Shown here piece by piece: positions 1 through 9,681 of a DNA stretch of 18,010 nucleotides. The stretch is from Thermoproteota archaeon. Its GTDB lineage: Archaea; Korarchaeota; Korarchaeia; Korarchaeales; Korarchaeaceae. Below the pieces are notes generated by a model. That model saw nothing but the letters and a program-made list of their open reading frames with translations. It had not been told where the DNA came from and ran no database searches. Numbering within the stretch: the stretch's first letter is position 1; each line of letters starts with the position of its first letter. The stretch is taken from positions 1 through 18,010 of the forward strand of contig JAOZFH010000057.1 of the NCBI GenBank assembly GCA_027491415.1. Reading direction: 5' to 3'. The position numbers and the translations under genes were made by a program.

Positions 1-73
1 GGAGCTCAACGAGGTCGTCCGGAATGGCCCAAGCTCCACCGTGAATGACGATCACCGGCCTCAGCGCGACCAC
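1..73 (-). CDS. iaaA: Isoaspartyl peptidase/L-asparaginase (Ntn-hydrolase, asparaginase_2 family), 5' part only; runs off the left edge
   Basis: Absent from the ORF track. My translation of the minus strand from GTG at 73 gives (M)VALRPVIVIHGGAWAIPDDLVEL, the family's typical N-terminal IxxHGGA motif. An in-frame TGA at 91-89 bounds the start. Confidence 0.8.
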   Translation of the reverse strand, partial: MVALRPVIVIHGGAWAIPDDLVEL

Positions 74-97
74 CCAGAGGAGTCGCGGTCATATCAG

Positions 98-110
98 TTA
101 AACACTTTTG
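98..110 (-). promoter_or_regulatory. Putative BRE/TATA promoter of the asparaginase gene
   Basis: The minus strand reads CAAAAGTG-TTTAA, an AT-rich island in GC-rich DNA, with the TATA 25 nt upstream of GTG at 73. Confidence 0.5.
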
Positions 111-119
111 AAGATCTGG

Positions 120-560
120 CTTGCGGGCCCGGGGTGGGGAAGCTCGTCTCAGTGGCTACGGTTTCTCGTCAGATCTTCCCTCGAACATTCGCCTGGACAT
201 GGTGCCTGGTGGAATTCCCACCGCCACCTAACCGGCGCGCTGGGGTCTGGGCCGGTCTTCACTTCGGGTGAGCCGCCCTGGGGAAGGGATCTGGAGGCGA
301 GCTTGGAAGGGAGACGCCGACACGGGGTTCTACACTCCGTGAAGGTGCCGGGGGGTGAGTCTGCGCGGCCGGCGACACGGCCCATCCAGGAGCGGGGAGG
401 GGGAGACCCGCCGGCGGCGGGCGAGGGCTGCGAGCAGAGAGACGTCTTGGTCGCCGAGCTCAGCCTGGACGAAGGGTTCGCTTGAGTGGGCCAACGCTTG
501 GGACTGGGTTGCGGCGAGAGGGCAGAGAGACCCACGGAGAACTCGGCGACGAGTGTGAGA
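120..560 (+). pseudogene. Possible heavily decayed carbon-nitrogen hydrolase (nitrilase-family) remnant; alternatively a non-coding element
   Basis: No convincing intact ORF. Fragments in shifting + frames (GVGKL, QIFP, IPTAT, QRDVLVAELSLDE, EWANAWDW) occur in the order expected for the C-terminal half of CN hydrolases. Weak, by-eye similarity only. Confidence 0.25.
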
Positions 561-602
561 ACGAGTCGAAAAGCTGGGCGGCGCCTGAGACCGCTGCGCC
601 CA

Positions 603-609
603 TTTTTTA
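603..609 (+). promoter_or_regulatory. Putative TATA box (TTTTTTA) for the metallophosphoesterase gene; the T-tract could also terminate an upstream transcript
   Basis: T6A lies 25 nt upstream of GTG at 634 and follows an imperfect hairpin at 575-602. Confidence 0.45.
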
Positions 610-633
610 CGTCCCGACCTGGAGGTTGGGCTC

Positions 634-3117
634 GTGGTGAGCTTGTCCGGTAGGAGGTGCCAGCTCGCTCCCCTCATAGCCTTACTGGTTCTGGTGGCGA
701 TCCCAGCTCCCCACCCGGCTCAGGGGGGGTCTGGGGGAAGTTCGCTGGGGCAGAGGTACTGGATACCGGTCACGGTCGACTCCCCGGGGGTTGTATCCGT
801 CAAGGTCGACCTGAGGTCGCTCGAGTCCTCACTCCCGGCGGCCGGGAGGCTCGACCCCCTCACCGCCGCGGTCGTCGGGCCGGACGGCAGTAAGCTGAGG
901 CCGCGCGTGCAGCCGGGCCAGCTGAAGCTTATCGACGACCTGGAGTCCGGGGTCGACCTCTGGTCCGGGAGGAAGTGTCTTCTCAGGCCGAGCAGAGACG
1001 CGGCCGTCGGGAGCTGGGCGCTCGAGTTCCGGGCGGGAGCCGTGGAGGGTTCGTGGGTCAGGATCAACATCCCAGCCTCCGAGCTGTCGTCCCACAGCCG
1101 ACTGATCTTCTGGGGGAAGGGCAACTTCACGGCCGTGCTGAGGGACGCCACGCTCCCGCAGGAACTGGGATCCGCTTACGTGGCGTCCCCGGACTACCGG
1201 ATCGTCGAGATAGCCTACGATCCATCTCAGGTGTCCGAGAAGAGGCCCTACGCCCTGTTCCTGATCCCAAAAGACGTTACCGAGATCAACCGCGTGGACG
1301 AGGTCACCCTGGCCGGGGACTCGGTGACGCTCAGCTGGAGGGCCGAGTTCCCGGGAGAGTACAGGGTCCTGCTCGACACCGTCTCCTATCCGGGCCCGCG
1401 AGACGCGCTGCTGGGCCTTGAGTCTGGTCCGGAGGCCTCCTTCACCGTGGGTGAGCCCGAGGGGTTCGTGATTCAACCCTCCATCTCCGACGGCCAGACG
1501 CTCTCCGGCGTGGTGCAGCTCGAGGTCCAGGTCCAGGGGAACCTCTCCCCGATAGAGTGGGTTCAGGCCAGGCTGGACTACGTCGGGGTCGGGCAGGGGG
1601 AGTGGGAAGACCCCTCGTGGGGGGTCCTGCTGAACTTCACGCCGGCCGGGGGCGGCAGCTGGGTGGCTGAGTGGGACACTGCCCACACGACGTGGGACGG
1701 CCTCCACTCGATCAGGTTCAGGGCCGCCGAGGAGGGCGGCAGGGTTGCGGAGTCCGAGGTCTCCGTGTGGGTCTGGAATGTCGAGAACGGCACGAGGCTG
1801 GATCCCGACAGGACCGAGTTCTCATTCGTGGTAATCGGGGACAACAGGCCGTCGGGCGGGTGGAGGCAGCCCGGGGTCTACGAGCAGCTGCTTGCGGACG
1901 CCGTCAGCAGGGGCCCGGACCTCTACTTCAACGTCGGCGACGTGGTCTACAGCGGAGAGTTCAGGGAGTACGTTGACTTCGTCAGGGCCACCAGCGCCAT
2001 CAGGGCCCCCCTGTTCATAGCCATGGGGAACCACGAGGACTCGATCGGGAAGGAAGGCCAGGACAACTTTCTGCACTTCTTCGGCAAGCTCTTCTACTCC
2101 TTCGACTACGGGAACTCGCACTTCGTCATACTGAACGCCAACGTCGTGGGGCACAGGTACACCCTGAGCGAGCAGCAGATCGAGTGGCTCGAGATGGATC
2201 TGGAAGAGCACTCCAACGCGGAGCACGTTTTCGTGTTCATCCACCAGCCGGTCTACAAGTACGCGCACGGGCTTGAGGACCCGAGCGTGGAGAGCAGGCT
2301 CAGGCGGATATTTGAGAGCCACGGGGTGGACTGCGTGTTCCAGGGCCACGAGCACATGTTCTACTCCGGCGAGGAGGGTGGGGTCAGGTTCTTCATCACC
2401 GGGGGCGGCGGCGCCGAGCTCGACCCGCAGTACCCGCCCGACACGCTCTTCTTCCACTACATCCTCGTGAAGGTCCGCGGCGGGGAGGTCAGATACGAGG
2501 TCGTCAAGCCGCTGGTGCTGGAACTCTCGGATGTTGACGGGGGGGCGATCTTCACACACGAGGGAGAGTTCGTCGTGTCGGGGAGGACCCAGCCCTTCGC
2601 AAAGGTGCTGGTCGACGGGGAGGAGGTCAGCCCGTCCTCGAACGGCATGTTCAGGGTGAGGGTCCGCCTCCAGCCCGGGCTGAACGAGGTAAGGGTGAGG
2701 GCGGAGGCCGAGGGCAAGTCGGTCGAGAGGACCATCAGGGTCCTCTACAGGCCCGTGCCGACCGTGAGGCTGGGAGGTCCGGTCAGGCCGGGCGAGGAAC
2801 TCGAGGTCTCGGTCGGCTGCCTCGGCTCTCCGGCGCTCGGCGCGGTGGTGCGCCTGGACGGGGTGGAAGCGGCGGCCGACGCGTCGGGTAGAGCCAGGCT
2901 GGTCGTGCCTCGGGGGGAGGAGGAACTCCTTCTGGAGGTTCACGCGAGCGGGTGCCAGCCCTACGTGGAGATCCTGTACCCAGAGGCCGGCCCAGTCGGC
3001 GGAGGCGGCGTGGAGCTGCCGGGAGGGGTCGTGGTCGCCGTCGTGGTCATGGCGGCAGCGGCTGTGGCAGCGATAGTCCTGAGGAGGAGGGGCAGATCTT
3101 CCTCCCCCTCCACCTGA
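634..3117 (+). CDS. Secreted, membrane-anchored multidomain calcineurin-like metallophosphoesterase with Ig-like domains
   Basis: 827 aa. N-terminal signal peptide (RR followed by a hydrophobic stretch). Metallophosphoesterase motifs GDNR, GDVV, GNHE, HQP and GHEH. Ig-like segments (DGQTLSGVV...WDT...DGLHSI; VSGRT...VDGEEV...PGLNEVRV). C-terminal TM helix followed by RRR. Confidence 0.9.
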   Translation: MVSLSGRRCQLAPLIALLVLVAIPAPHPAQGGSGGSSLGQRYWIPVTVDSPGVVSVKVDLRSLESSLPAAGRLDPLTAAVVGPDGSKLRPRVQPGQLKLIDDLESGVDLWSGRKCLLRPSRDAAVGSWALEFRAGAVEGSWVRINIPASELSSHSRLIFWGKGNFTAVLRDATLPQELGSAYVASPDYRIVEIAYDPSQVSEKRPYALFLIPKDVTEINRVDEVTLAGDSVTLSWRAEFPGEYRVLLDTVSYPGPRDALLGLESGPEASFTVGEPEGFVIQPSISDGQTLSGVVQLEVQVQGNLSPIEWVQARLDYVGVGQGEWEDPSWGVLLNFTPAGGGSWVAEWDTAHTTWDGLHSIRFRAAEEGGRVAESEVSVWVWNVENGTRLDPDRTEFSFVVIGDNRPSGGWRQPGVYEQLLADAVSRGPDLYFNVGDVVYSGEFREYVDFVRATSAIRAPLFIAMGNHEDSIGKEGQDNFLHFFGKLFYSFDYGNSHFVILNANVVGHRYTLSEQQIEWLEMDLEEHSNAEHVFVFIHQPVYKYAHGLEDPSVESRLRRIFESHGVDCVFQGHEHMFYSGEEGGVRFFITGGGGAELDPQYPPDTLFFHYILVKVRGGEVRYEVVKPLVLELSDVDGGAIFTHEGEFVVSGRTQPFAKVLVDGEEVSPSSNGMFRVRVRLQPGLNEVRVRAEAEGKSVERTIRVLYRPVPTVRLGGPVRPGEELEVSVGCLGSPALGAVVRLDGVEAAADASGRARLVVPRGEEELLLEVHASGCQPYVEILYPEAGPVGGGGVELPGGVVVAVVVMAAAAVAAIVLRRRGRSSSPST

Positions 3118-4207
3118 CGCAGGCCCTCCCCCGCCTGAAGAGGTGGGCCCTCCACAGGCCAAGGGCCACCACCAGCCCGCCCGCGGGAAAGAGAACCACG
3201 GACACGGGGTCGGCTCGAGCCTCCCTAAATATTATCGGCGTGAGGGCGTGCGCAATCTCCGCAGTCGAGGCGAGCAGAGCCGCCTTCACGGGAACCAAGC
3301 CCAGAAGCGCCACCAGAAGCGCCAGCGGTGGCCAGGCGTACAAGGCAGCCAGTCCCGCGGCGACCCCGGCGGCGTTCACGGCGCTGAGGGGCGCGTCCCT
3401 GGAGGAGATCCTGGCCACGGCGTCCAGCGCCTCGCGGGCGGAGGTCGCCCACGTGGACCTGACCGCCCCCGCCCCCCTGAGCATGGTGACCCTGAAGCCG
3501 CGAGAGGCGAGCAGCCTCGCGAGATCCCTGTCCTCGACCGGGGAACTCCTCACCGCCCCGTGGCCGCCGACCCCCACGTACGCGCGGCGCCAAACGGCGA
3601 AGAAACCCCCGAACCCCCAAGACCTCTCGTCGGGCGACCCGACCCTCCACTGGGGAAAGAAGATTCTGATGGTCGCCGCCAGGGCGAGTTCTGCGGCGCA
3701 GGCCAAGCCCCGGCACGAGTAGGTCGGGGAGACCGTCGCGGCGTCGGCCCTCTCCAGCGCGTACACGATCCCAGAGACGGCCCACTCCGCGACCTCCACG
3801 TCGGCGTCGACGAACAGGAGCACCTCCCCCGAACTCTCTGAAAAGCCGATCCAGCAGGCCCACGTCTTCCCGAGCCACCCCTCGGGCGGTTCAGGGGCCC
3901 GGACGAGCCTGAACCTCGGATCCCCGGCCGCCGCCTCGAGGGCCTCTTCGGGAGTCCCGTCCGTGGAGGAGTCGTCGACGACGATGACCTCCAAATCGCC
4001 GTAGTCCTGCGAGAGCAGCGATCTCACACACCTGCCCACGCGCCCCCTCTCGTTCCTGGCCGGGACTATGACGGAGACCCTCGGACCTCCCCCAACTCTG
4101 GCGGGGTTGAGTCTCGGGATCCTCGACATGCCCAAGAGGGCCCGAACCGCCAGCCAGGCGTGGATCGCCCCTAGGGCGATCGTCAGGAGGGTCGCCGCGG
4201 CGCCCAA
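3047..4207 (-). CDS. Membrane-bound family 2 glycosyltransferase (HpnB/CrtQ/CruC-like)
   Basis: Motifs VSVIVPARNE, VDDSSTDGT, WLGKTWAC, FVDAD and VEDRDLA; N- and C-terminal TM helices; terminal WRGR. Start placed at TTG 4207, with a TATA-like element at 4232-4237. Confidence 0.88.
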   Translation of the reverse strand: MGAAATLLTIALGAIHAWLAVRALLGMSRIPRLNPARVGGGPRVSVIVPARNERGRVGRCVRSLLSQDYGDLEVIVVDDSSTDGTPEEALEAAAGDPRFRLVRAPEPPEGWLGKTWACWIGFSESSGEVLLFVDADVEVAEWAVSGIVYALERADAATVSPTYSCRGLACAAELALAATIRIFFPQWRVGSPDERSWGFGGFFAVWRRAYVGVGGHGAVRSSPVEDRDLARLLASRGFRVTMLRGAGAVRSTWATSAREALDAVARISSRDAPLSAVNAAGVAAGLAALYAWPPLALLVALLGLVPVKAALLASTAEIAHALTPIIFREARADPVSVVLFPAGGLVVALGLWRAHLFRRGRACVRWRGRKICPSSSGLSLPQPLPP

Positions 4208-4272
4208 GTCCCCGCACCAGCCGCGGCATTGTTTAATGCCGCAAGCGGGAGGGCGGGCGAGAGGAGTTAACT

Positions 4273-5262
4273 TTGCTGAGCGGCGTCTCATCCGCCATCG
4301 CAGCCCTGAGATTGCGCCTCAGAAGGCCCGAGATCCTGATAATAGCTCACGGGGACGTCGACGGCGTGATAAGCGCGGTGATAGCCGCTCGGGCGCTGGG
4401 GGATGATCCCACCTTCCTGTTCTCCGGCCCGAGGAGCGTCCACCGGACCCTGGCCACGATTCCCCCCGGCTCCGGCCGGATAGTCCTGGTGGACATCGGA
4501 GTGAACGCGAACAGGCTCGACGAGCTCGAGCGTCAGCTCGGGAGGTTGAGGGAGTCCGGGTGGAGCGTAACGTGGATAGACCACCATCAGTGGCCCGACG
4601 GGGCCGTAGAGAGGCTCTCCAAGTACGCCGACAGGGTGGTGGTGAGGCCGGCCCCCAGCGCCGCCCGCGTCGTCCTGGACGAGCTTGGAGGGGACGGCTA
4701 CGCGAGAGAACTTGTTAAGATTGCAGACGATGCGGACACGGCCACCTATCGGACGGAACTCGCCAGGATGTACAGGCCGCTCACTAGGATCAGGTCTAGG
4801 AGGGAGTACCTGCTCAGGAGCCTCCTAGAGGGCCGCCTGAACGACCCTAAGATCGCGGAGTGGGGAACGGAGAGCATGGACACCGAGAAGAGAGCCGTGG
4901 AGGAGGCTCTGGCGAGGGCTGAGGTTCGGGTCACCAAGTCAGGCAGGAAGTACGCCCTGATAGACCTGCGGCCCCGCGGCGGGCCCGGCTCGGCAGTCGC
5001 CAAGAAGATGGCCGCCGAGCACGGGGTGTCATTTTCCCTGGTGATCTACACCTGCGGGAGGTTCTCTCTGTACGCCGGGGCCGAGAAGGACATCAATCTG
5101 AGGCCGATATGCGAGGAGGCGGACGGCGGCGGGCATCCCTACGCGTGCGGGGGAAGGATAAGGCTCCCCCTCCACAAGAGGGTACTCTGCCGTCTCCTCG
5201 GGAGGAGGTACACGCCTCGGGAGATCGGAGAACTCGTGAGAAAGGTGGAAGAGCGGTTCTGA
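4273..5262 (+). CDS. DHH/DHHA1 family phosphoesterase (NrnA/RecJ-like)
   Basis: Motifs HGDVDG, VDIG, IDHH, DDAD and the DHHA1 signature GGGHPYACGG. GAGGAG precedes the TTG start. Confidence 0.9.
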   Translation: MLSGVSSAIAALRLRLRRPEILIIAHGDVDGVISAVIAARALGDDPTFLFSGPRSVHRTLATIPPGSGRIVLVDIGVNANRLDELERQLGRLRESGWSVTWIDHHQWPDGAVERLSKYADRVVVRPAPSAARVVLDELGGDGYARELVKIADDADTATYRTELARMYRPLTRIRSRREYLLRSLLEGRLNDPKIAEWGTESMDTEKRAVEEALARAEVRVTKSGRKYALIDLRPRGGPGSAVAKKMAAEHGVSFSLVIYTCGRFSLYAGAEKDINLRPICEEADGGGHPYACGGRIRLPLHKRVLCRLLGRRYTPREIGELVRKVEERF

Positions 5263-5306
5263 TCGGGGGCCAAGGGTGCCGAGGAATCCGCGACGGGCTG
5301 CTCAGA

Positions 5307-6197
5307 TCAGCCCCCGACCAGGCTTCGGATCAGTCGCCTCGCCCTGTTGACCACTTCACTAGGCTGGATGGGGCCACCCTCCGTTGCGTAGGTTGAGACG
5401 TATCTCGCCGGGACGACCTCAAAGACCGGGCACGCCAGCTCGACCCCCTCGGGCGGCTCGGGGAGCCCCTCGCACGAGGAGGTCTCGGGCCTCCGGAATC
5501 GACCCCAGACATCCACCTTCAGGAGGTCGGTGGTCACGACCAGCGGGACTTCGAAAGCGTCGCACGCCAGGGCCATAGAGAGCGTCCCGACTTTGTTCAC
5601 GAGGGATCCGTCGCCTAGCACCGCGTCGGCGCCGACCAGGCCAGCGTCGGCCTCTCCAACGTGGGAGGGTATCGCGGAGTCGGGAATCACCCTCACCCTC
5701 ACACTCACCGGGAGGGAGGCGAGCCTCCTGGCCGTCTGCAACCCCTCCCCGAGTGGCAGGCTCTGGGATACCACGATCTCCCTAAGTGACCCGGAGAGGG
5801 CCGCCCTTCTTAGGGTCTCGAAGGCCGTCGAGCTCCAGCTGAGCGTTACGACCCTCCGCACGCCCTTCATCTGCTCCGCAGCCACCTCGGCCGCCCGGAA
5901 CCTGGAGGAACGGACGTGCTCCCTCAGCGCCTCCAGCCTGCCCGCGACGCCTGCGGGCCACCCTAGGAGAGACTTCATCGCAAAGGCAAGGTTGAGGAGA
6001 GGAACCATCTCAGGGTGAGAGTCGCTGAGCGCCCTCACCTCCCTGAGGACGGCCTCCCTCGGCAGGCCCAGCCGCGCCGAATCGATGAGGAGGTCCAGCG
6101 CCCTCTGGAAGATCTCGGAGGCGCCGGAGCGCCTGTCCCTGGCGAGCTCCCTGAGGCCCTCAAGCGGGTCTCGCCCAGGACGGCTGACTTGCCCCAC
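5307..6197 (-). CDS. eIF-2B alpha/beta/delta family protein (archaeal aIF2B-like)
   Basis: Motifs DRRSGASEI, HPEMVPL, TLSWSST, SxPLGEG, VGADAV, NKVGT and FEVVP. Start placed at GTG 6197, about 25 nt downstream of a TTATAT box at 6221-6226. Confidence 0.85.
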   Translation of the reverse strand: MGQVSRPGRDPLEGLRELARDRRSGASEIFQRALDLLIDSARLGLPREAVLREVRALSDSHPEMVPLLNLAFAMKSLLGWPAGVAGRLEALREHVRSSRFRAAEVAAEQMKGVRRVVTLSWSSTAFETLRRAALSGSLREIVVSQSLPLGEGLQTARRLASLPVSVRVRVIPDSAIPSHVGEADAGLVGADAVLGDGSLVNKVGTLSMALACDAFEVPLVVTTDLLKVDVWGRFRRPETSSCEGLPEPPEGVELACPVFEVVPARYVSTYATEGGPIQPSEVVNRARRLIRSLVGG

Positions 6198-6276
6198 GCG
6201 AATCCCCTTGGAGAGAGAAGATATAACGAATATCCGCAATGAGCGAGCCGATTCCGCCCGTTCACACCGTTTCAAC

Positions 6277-6298
6277 GGGGGCCCTTTTTATGGCCCCC
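6277..6298. promoter_or_regulatory. Inverted repeat GGGGGCC/GGCCCCC enclosing a TATA-like CTTTTTAT in the divergent eIF2B-like/glmS spacer
   Basis: Perfect 7-bp arms at 6277-6283 and 6292-6298 with an 8-nt AT-rich loop. Confidence 0.45.
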
Positions 6299-6375
6299 CG
6301 GAAGGTCTACACTGCCGATACCATGCGAGCGAACGCTTCTTCAGGGGGGCCGCCGGCCCGGGGGGTGCGGTCACG

Positions 6376-8211
<1,836 letters not shown>

Positions 8212-8260
8212 GGTCAATCTTTTTGACGGCCCCCTTGGCCGGGCGTCGGGGGGTGAGCCC

Positions 8261-9619
8261 TTGCCCGAGATAGAGGAGATAGGGCCGCGCAGGGTTGAGA
8301 GGGTGGGCGCCCACAGCCACGTCAAGGGGCTGGGGCTCGACGAGAATATGAAGGCCCTGCCCGTGGGCGACGGACTCGTCGGCCAGCTGAGGGCCAGGGA
8401 GGCCGCAGGTCTGGTGGTGCAGATGGCCAAGGAGGGGAAGCTCAGCGGGAAGGCCGTCCTGCTCGCGGGGCCGCCGGGAACTGGGAAGACCGCCATAGCC
8501 CTCGGAATAGCCAGAGAACTCGGTGAGGACGTTCCGTTCATCCAGATGAGCGGCTCCGAGATCTACAGCGCCGAGAGGAAGAAGACCGAGGTGCTGATGG
8601 AGGCCATGCGCAAGGCGATAGGCGTCAGGCTCAAGGACGTCAGGAGGGTCTACGAGGGCGAGGTTACCAGCCTAGACATCAAGACGGGCTCGAGCCCGTT
8701 CAATCCGTTCGTCAAGGTACCGCAGAGCGCCGTGATATCCCTCAAGACCGACGAGGAGGAGAAGACCCTCAAGGTCGGCCCCAACGTCGCCCAGCAGCTG
8801 GTGGAGATGGGCGTCGAGGAGGGCGATGTGATCATGATCGACGCCGAGTCAGGCAGGGTCTCCAAGATCGGCAGGGCCGAGGGAAGGGGAGGCTACGACG
8901 TGGACGCGGTGAGGACCGTTTCCAGGCCCACCGGGCCCGTGCTGAAGGAGAAGGAGTTCGTCTACACCATGACGCTGGACGACCTAGACAGGCTCATGGC
9001 CAGGAGGAGGGGCGGGGGCTCCATCTTCAGCCTGCTGTTCGGAGCGGCCGAGGAGAAGGAGATAGACCCAGAGGTCAGGGCCGCAGTGGACCAGCAGGTG
9101 ATGGACTGGGTCAACGAGGGCAGGGGCGAGATAGTCCCCGGCGTGCTGTTCATCGACGACGCCCACCTCATGGACATCGAGGCCCTCAGCTTCCTGAGCA
9201 GGGCCATGGAGGGCGAACTCGTCCCCATAATCGTGATGGCCACCAACAGGGGCGTTACCAAGATCAGGGGGACCGACCTCACCGCCCCCTTCGGCATGCC
9301 CCTCGACCTGCTCGACAGGCTGGTCGTCATAACCACGAGCAAGTACTCGCCAGAGGAGATCGAGGAGATCCTCAGGATAAGGGCAAGGGAAGAGAAGGTG
9401 AAGGTGGAGGATGGCGCCCTCAAGCTGCTGAGGGAGCTCGGGGCCGAGAAGTCGCTGAGGTACGCGGTCCAGATACTCAGCATAGCCGGGGTCAGGGCCA
9501 GGTCCCTGGGCAGGGAGTCGGTCACCGAGGAAGACGTTAGAGAGGTGTCTCAGAGGTTCAGCGACCTCAGGGAGGCCGTGGAGCACCTCAAGAAGTACGA
9601 GAAGGAGATGCTCGAGTGA
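8261..9619 (+). CDS. TIP49/RuvB-like AAA+ ATPase (RuvBL1/2 homologue)
   Basis: AHSHVKGLGL, Walker A GPPGTGKT, SEIYS, Walker B LFIDDAH, ATNRG, DLLDRL and SLRYA. A GGGGTGA Shine-Dalgarno precedes the TTG start. Confidence 0.96.
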   Translation: MPEIEEIGPRRVERVGAHSHVKGLGLDENMKALPVGDGLVGQLRAREAAGLVVQMAKEGKLSGKAVLLAGPPGTGKTAIALGIARELGEDVPFIQMSGSEIYSAERKKTEVLMEAMRKAIGVRLKDVRRVYEGEVTSLDIKTGSSPFNPFVKVPQSAVISLKTDEEEKTLKVGPNVAQQLVEMGVEEGDVIMIDAESGRVSKIGRAEGRGGYDVDAVRTVSRPTGPVLKEKEFVYTMTLDDLDRLMARRRGGGSIFSLLFGAAEEKEIDPEVRAAVDQQVMDWVNEGRGEIVPGVLFIDDAHLMDIEALSFLSRAMEGELVPIIVMATNRGVTKIRGTDLTAPFGMPLDLLDRLVVITTSKYSPEEIEEILRIRAREEKVKVEDGALKLLRELGAEKSLRYAVQILSIAGVRARSLGRESVTEEDVREVSQRFSDLREAVEHLKKYEKEMLE

Positions 9620-9620
9620 C

Positions 9621-9653
9621 GGATGGGCGCTCCGCGCCCGCCATCCACTTTTT
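9621..9653 (+). terminator. GC hairpin plus T-tract after TIP49, in a convergent spacer
   Basis: GGATGG/CCATCC and GGGCGC/GCGCCC complementary arms, followed by T5 at 9649-9653. Confidence 0.55.
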
Positions 9654-9681
9654 CTGGCGAGCTTTTTGAGCAGGCCAGTCC

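Noticed and set aside
200-230. GGTGGAATTCCCACCGCCACC resembling a tRNA T-arm and 3' end, or part of a cobalamin riboswitch
   Set aside because: There is no TTCRA loop or cloverleaf, and the riboswitch core elements are not present in the right order.
296-320. GGAAGGGAG resembling SRP RNA helix 8, and GGAAGCTC near 138 resembling RNase P CR-I
   Set aside because: The flanking consensus is missing (CAGG-CCC-GGAA-GGG-AGCA for SRP; the 3' ACAGAA...GCU element for RNase P).
41-677. Short ORFs 41..271, 108..485, 149..535, 330..677 and 355..558
   Set aside because: Composition is Pro/Arg/Ser-rich and unlike real proteins here, and the ORFs conflict with one another. At most they hold pseudogene fragments.
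829-3162. Long antisense ORFs (829..1707, 1822..3162; likewise 6307..7143, 8984..9586 and 13797..15011)
   Set aside because: These are stop-poor shadow frames of high-GC genes that carry clear family motifs on the opposite strand.
6085-6375. 97-aa N-terminal extension of GlmS in the ORF track
   Set aside because: GlmS needs Cys at its mature N-terminus, and the extension overlaps the divergent gene and the promoter spacer.
6300-6375. glmS ribozyme
   Set aside because: No recognisable core consensus, the region is too short, and the element is known from bacteria.
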